Positions 58,831 to 64,000 of a stretch of 64,000 bases of DNA are shown piece by piece. The position numbers were made by a program, and so were the translations under genes. The stretch spans positions 5,270,001 to 5,334,000 of the forward strand of contig CM022670.1 in NCBI GenBank assembly GCA_012295275.1, written 5' to 3'. A model generated the notes under the pieces. That model saw only the letters and a program-made list of their open reading frames with translations. It had not been told where the DNA came from and did not search any database. Numbering within the stretch: the first letter of the stretch is position 1; each line of letters starts with the position of its first letter. The DNA comes from Chrysomallon squamiferum. Taxonomy: Eukaryota; Animalia; Mollusca.

Positions 58831-60142
58831 TGAAGATTATGCAGCTAAAGCAACAGTCTTCGTGTATTTACAGTATGATTTCTAGATACAGTTTGTACTC
58901 TGTGTTCTTTGATTTACTCATTTTGAATAACAGTAACAATAACAATAATAATAAAGAAGTGTAAAATTCTGCTACAACTTTCTGGTTGTTTCGTTTTCTT
59001 TTTGTGTCTTTCTTCTTTGCATTTTTATTTTAATTTGTGCTTGAGAGTCTGCTGAATTTTTCTCAGTTTGTATTTTCATCTATTTTTTCTTCACATTTTT
59101 TTTTTTTTTTTTGTCCTTCTCTCGGTTGGTTCGTCAATCCATTGTCCGTCTGCCTATCCATACCTACATCCTTCCTCCCATCCGTCCATCCATATATCCA
59201 TCTGTCTCTGACTTTGTCTGTCTGTGCACATCTGTATGATTTTCTAGAACATGTTTATTACTAGATCTTAGCTGTTGGTTCTATATAACCGTGTGGGCGT
59301 GTGTGCGTGAGAGTTTCTTGTTTTTGTACATACATATTACGGATTAACATATGTTCATGGGTCGTTAATTTGACTAGTACTTCTCTCTGTACTGAGAACA
59401 TAAAACATTAATTACTAGTTTTTCGAGTCTGTAAGCAAATTCGACACTTCCCCTGAGTGAACGAAACCAATTTACAAGCATCTGTGAAACCGGCCGTCGC
59501 TCAGTTCTGACATATGCTATAGAAATTGTTAAATGGATTAAAAAAATAATAAATAAATAAACTAAAATGATAGTTACGCTGTATGCTGTAACAAGATTAA
59601 TAATTTTGTACTTAAACAAGGCGCTACTGAAGTAGTCTTATGTTGAATGGATTTAAAAACATTAAGAGTGATGTGGATTAGGATTCCTGCTATCGCTAAG
59701 ACGTAAAATGTAAATTATATATTATCAACACAGTAAACGATAAATATAAAATAAGACTGTAGAATTAAAGAAATTAATGTCATCATCATCATGATCATTT
59801 CTATTGTTTTCATTATTAAATACATCATCTACACCATTAACTATACAATATTCTTATTTATTTATTTATTTATCTATCTATCTATCCATTATTAGTACTA
59901 ATATTAGTACTAGTAACATTATTATTATTATTATTATTATTATTTAATCATGTTTCGTCGTTGCTTTTGTTTTTTTCTTTGCTGTTTGATATATTTGGCT
60001 GGGAAGGCTAAGTTATTAATAATTCAAGGAGTGATTTCAGACTTTAAGGACATCTTAAAGGTTTCTAGTTAGTTACACAAAATTAGCACTAGCTGAAGTG
60101 AAGCGTAAAAACAACAGAGGAAACAAAATTAAAAACAGCTAT

Positions 60143-60144
<2 letters not shown>

Positions 60145-60225
<81 letters not shown>
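60145..60225. repeat. (AG)n microsatellite
   Basis: Direct reading. Confidence 0.95.
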
Positions 60226-60230
<5 letters not shown>

Positions 60231-61318
60231 TTCAAGATTTAAATAAAAATAATAAGCTTTCGTTTTTTTACTATAAATTATTACGAAAACTTAAATCGTT
60301 TTTTTTCGTCTGCTTCACTACCTCTCATGAACTTAATGGTGGTATAAAACCGATCTTTTAGAAAACCAGTTTATTCATTTACCAATCCTCTGAACGCTAT
60401 CATACTCGCTTTAAAAAAAAAAAAAAATATGTTAAACTTTTTATTAAAAAAAATCATAAAATCAGAGCCAAGCAAACCATTAATTTCGTCCGTCTTTTCA
60501 GAGAGCACCGCCTGCATCGTCTTTGTCAATAATTACCACTCTTGCTATTCGTACCACACAATCTGGACCATAAGTGTTGTATATTTGTCTTTTACAATGT
60601 TTGTTTAACAAATGATTCGCAGCAGTTTGCTAATACCTGATCGATAAGTTTGCCGCTCGCTCTCGCCTCACTTTGTTTTGCCTTCTTTTGCAGGAAGCAA
60701 TCAACGCTGGTTGCACTCGGAAGTGGTTGTCGTGAAAGTATCACACGTTTTCTCGGAAGTCTTCGGAAGCAAACGGCATTCTGCTGCTTTAAAGGGCCTG
60801 AGTTGAACGAAGAGAAATTACTTAGCTAACAATAACCATTTAAAACAGATGAACGATTCTGCCTTCTTGGAAGTTTGTTATCAATTTTAATTTTGCTTTT
60901 AGCGTTTTTCACACAAGGGCGAGAAGAAGAAGAAAAAAAATGAAAATAAATATTTTCGTTTTGCAGTAAATCGTAGATTAAATGAAACTGCAGATACACA
61001 GTTGAAGTAAATCTTGTATTTTGAGTTGATAAAGGAAACTGTGATAAAACTTTACATTTCCCGTAGAACAGATCGAACCTCCGACGAGCCAGACCACTAA
61101 CTAAGTGAAATTTAGAGACAGCAAACTTTAACTGCTTGTAACTTGTTTTCTGATTGGTCGGGAAGCCTCAAGGCGTAGATCGGATCGTCAGTTCGTTAGC
61201 GAGAAAGCAGTGTTCGTAAAAGTTTTAGAGGATTTTTCTCATAAATGGATTTTTCTCTCAAACTGGAATACAGAGAGGATTTGTAAAAATTCTTCTTCGT
61301 ACGGTGATGTTTTCAAAT

Positions 61319-61367
61319 ATGGCGAGAACCCTGGAAGATATTTTCATTCTTGGATTTCTAATTACAG
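61319..61367 (+). CDS. Probable first coding exon (signal peptide) of a secreted or membrane protein continuing beyond the window
   Basis: AATATGG context; MARTLEDIFILGFLIT + phase-1 donor CAG|GTAAGA. Upstream are an inverted CCAAT box (CTGATTGGTC, 61150) and an Inr-like TCAGTT (61188) in a CpG-rich patch. Confidence 0.55.
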
Positions 61368-62833
61368 GTAAGATTTCTAAGAAGTTTGTAAATAATTTAC
61401 ACAATTAGATTTTACACGCACTGAGGCCGCTGGTTTGTGGCATTTACAGTGTGATCGTAGAAGATTTATTCATGTATGTTTTATAGAGGAAGCGAGAGAG
61501 AGAAAGAAAAGAGCAAGAAGAAAAATGATGAATAAAAAGGGAAAAGAAGAAAATGAGAGGAAATTTTAATATATATTTAGAGTAAGAATATTCAGATAGA
61601 TAATTTAATATTTTTCAGTTAGTTTGTTATATTTCAGTCAATAAATCAAATGTAACAAACAATATCAGCTTTCGATTTGCCTATACATTTAATTACTTTT
61701 CATGGTTTATAATATTAGCATTTTAAACAAAATATAGCATTAAGATAGAATACGGTTTGATTAAGTATTTTCCACGATGATACCAGATTAACATTGGTTA
61801 CATATATTCTGATTAATACAGTAGTCCTTGCGATATATTCAGTTCGGCGTTGAATTTTACAGATGTTAGACCATATGTTAGAACTATAAAACATTCTCCA
61901 ATCTTTAAAATAATTCATAAACAATTCACAAGAATGAAAGTAATATTCATTGTTATATTTATCTCAGTGAAAAAGGATATGAAACAAAACAAGTTAAAGA
62001 ACGTTTTCCGTATGAGTATACGATACAAAAATACGTTACTTTCTTCGTTTTATTTCTTCATTGTTTAATCTGTGATATAATTATCTTCTAACTGTATAAG
62101 GTTTTGTTAAATTTGGAAAATATCAATATCTGTTGCTAAAATTAAGAAAATTTATTGAAAAACAGTTTGATTATTTGAAATCAGTTAAAACGGATAATGA
62201 CACTTCGGATACGAGTACACGGGTTTATAAATATTTCTTTGTGACCTTGTTTTGTGACGAGAAAACTCAACAATATGAGAGAGTTGAAAATAAGTAAACC
62301 TTTATTGGGCACTCATAACTTATTACAAATATTTCATATTTCAAAGCCTTTCTTCAGTGTTCAAAAACTGAATTATTGGGACATTTTTCATCTTGTATGT
62401 TTAAGGTATCTTTAATATTAGTCTTTCTAACTGTCATTTGAAAACTATTAATGACAGTTAGTAGAATATGTTGTGCTGTCATTAAACATTTATTTATTTA
62501 TTTCTGTTGTGTATGGATTCTTCAATATCCCGCTTATTTTGTTTCCGACGATTTCATATTAGTGTTATAATGACCAAAATCAGGAATCTTTATAATAGAC
62601 TAATGTTTTAACTTCAGAAAGACGCCGAAACGTAGATACAAGTTTAGTACTTTTTGGCCTTAATTCTAAAAATGTATCTGTGCCCTACACAGGCACAGAA
62701 AGACCATTATTAAAAATACTTAAACCTACGAAGTAACTCAGTAGTAATATTGTACTCAAGACTGAAACCATCACTTACACTGTCTAGGTGTCGTCTAGAT
62801 GCCACTATCTGGAAAGGCAAAACCATAATAGTG

Positions 62834-62903
<70 letters not shown>
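62834..62903. repeat. (AAT)n microsatellite
   Basis: Direct reading. Confidence 0.95.
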
Positions 62904-62904
<1 letters not shown>

Positions 62905-63481
62905 TGTTACAGCAAACCTTAATGGAACAAAATTTCAATACATTTCATTATAAAGGGCGAGGTTTAAGGGCGTGTTCATGACGTTGAACACCCTTTCACT
63001 GAGTAGCCGTTTTAATATTGTGATAAAGTAATCTTAGACATTCGTTTATTAATTAACCATTCATAATACTACGATAAAATTAAAATCGTTTATTAAAGAT
63101 ACTGTATATTGAACGAATCGATGAACCAATGTTTAATACAGTATCAAAACTGTATTTTGAACTAGAATATTTCCTGGGATGGTTTGCAGTGACTGTAAAG
63201 TACACGGACATAGTGGTAAGTTTACAAATGTCAGATAATTCAATATAGAATTTACACAGTGAGTGAGTAAAGTACAGATTACGTTATAACGAGTAGCGGC
63301 GTTATATCAGTACACGGTATACAGAAAATACGATATCAGAGGAAATAATGAATGAATGAATGTGTGTATCTGTATACATTAATTATGAACGGATTATTAG
63401 TAAAAGTAATAATAGCAGTAGTAATAATAACCGTAGTAGTGCTAATAGTAGCAGGAGTAGTTGTAATAGTAGTATTAGTAA

Positions 63482-63540
<59 letters not shown>

Positions 63541-64000
63541 TCAATAGTAGAATCGGTAGTATAGTAATAAATATAACAGTTCAATATATTACAATACAGT
63601 GCAGTACAATTCAATACAGTACAGTATTAATACAATATCACGTTTAAAATGTATATATAAGTCGAATCATATTTCCTTAATCTTTTAATAAAGTAGTATT
63701 ACTAGTAACAGTTATATATTTCCATTGAACCATCCAGTAGAACAGCTTTTTAAAATAAATATTTCTAGATCATATCTAAATTTACCACTAGGAAAGATAA
63801 TAATTTAAATAGCGTTATGAGTAGATAATTACATTGTTTCCCCACTAGGTAATTTAAATACGTAATTGATAGAAAATTAAAGGTAAACAGCTTTCAGTGT
63901 ATAATAATATAACACATCACAATATCTAATTTAAACAATAAAAAATAATCCTAAAATATTAAATAAACGAAGATTAAAATTAAAAGTTACACTTGACGAA

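Noticed and set aside
59893-59912. 20-bp perfect palindrome TAGTACTAATATTAGTACTA (a similar 16-mer lies at 15699-15714)
   Set aside because: Built from AT-rich TAG/TAC/TAA microsatellite words; expected by slippage.
59983-59998. TGTTTGATATATTTGG resembles the 3' part of miR-190
   Set aside because: The 5' seed (GATATG) is absent and no hairpin partner arm is evident.

Overview
AT-rich, microsatellite-dense, intron-containing animal DNA; the repeats and gene content suggest a lophotrochozoan, possibly a mollusc (inference). By hand-splicing GT-AG exons with consistent reading phases I reconstruct four complete genes in the first 34 kb. (1) A 15-coding-exon, ~1560-aa protein (+, 3858-13686) with a SAM domain, coiled coils and a non-RD TKL-type kinase. 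Immediately after the kinase it carries what reads as the C-terminal half of a WASP-family nucleation-promoting factor: GBD helical switch, poly-Pro, WH2-like motifs, C helix and terminal Trp. (2) GTPBP8/EngB-like GTPase (-, 16298-19659). (3) Acid sphingomyelinase with a saposin domain (+, 20815-26743). (4) FBXO8 (-, 30357-33061). From ~35 kb on there is a CpG-retaining gene desert with degenerate satellites, SINE-like remnants, candidate promoters/non-coding exons and a probable signal-peptide first exon (61319-61367) of a gene that continues past the window. The standout is the kinase-WASP chimera. All calls are by eye; no database search was run.
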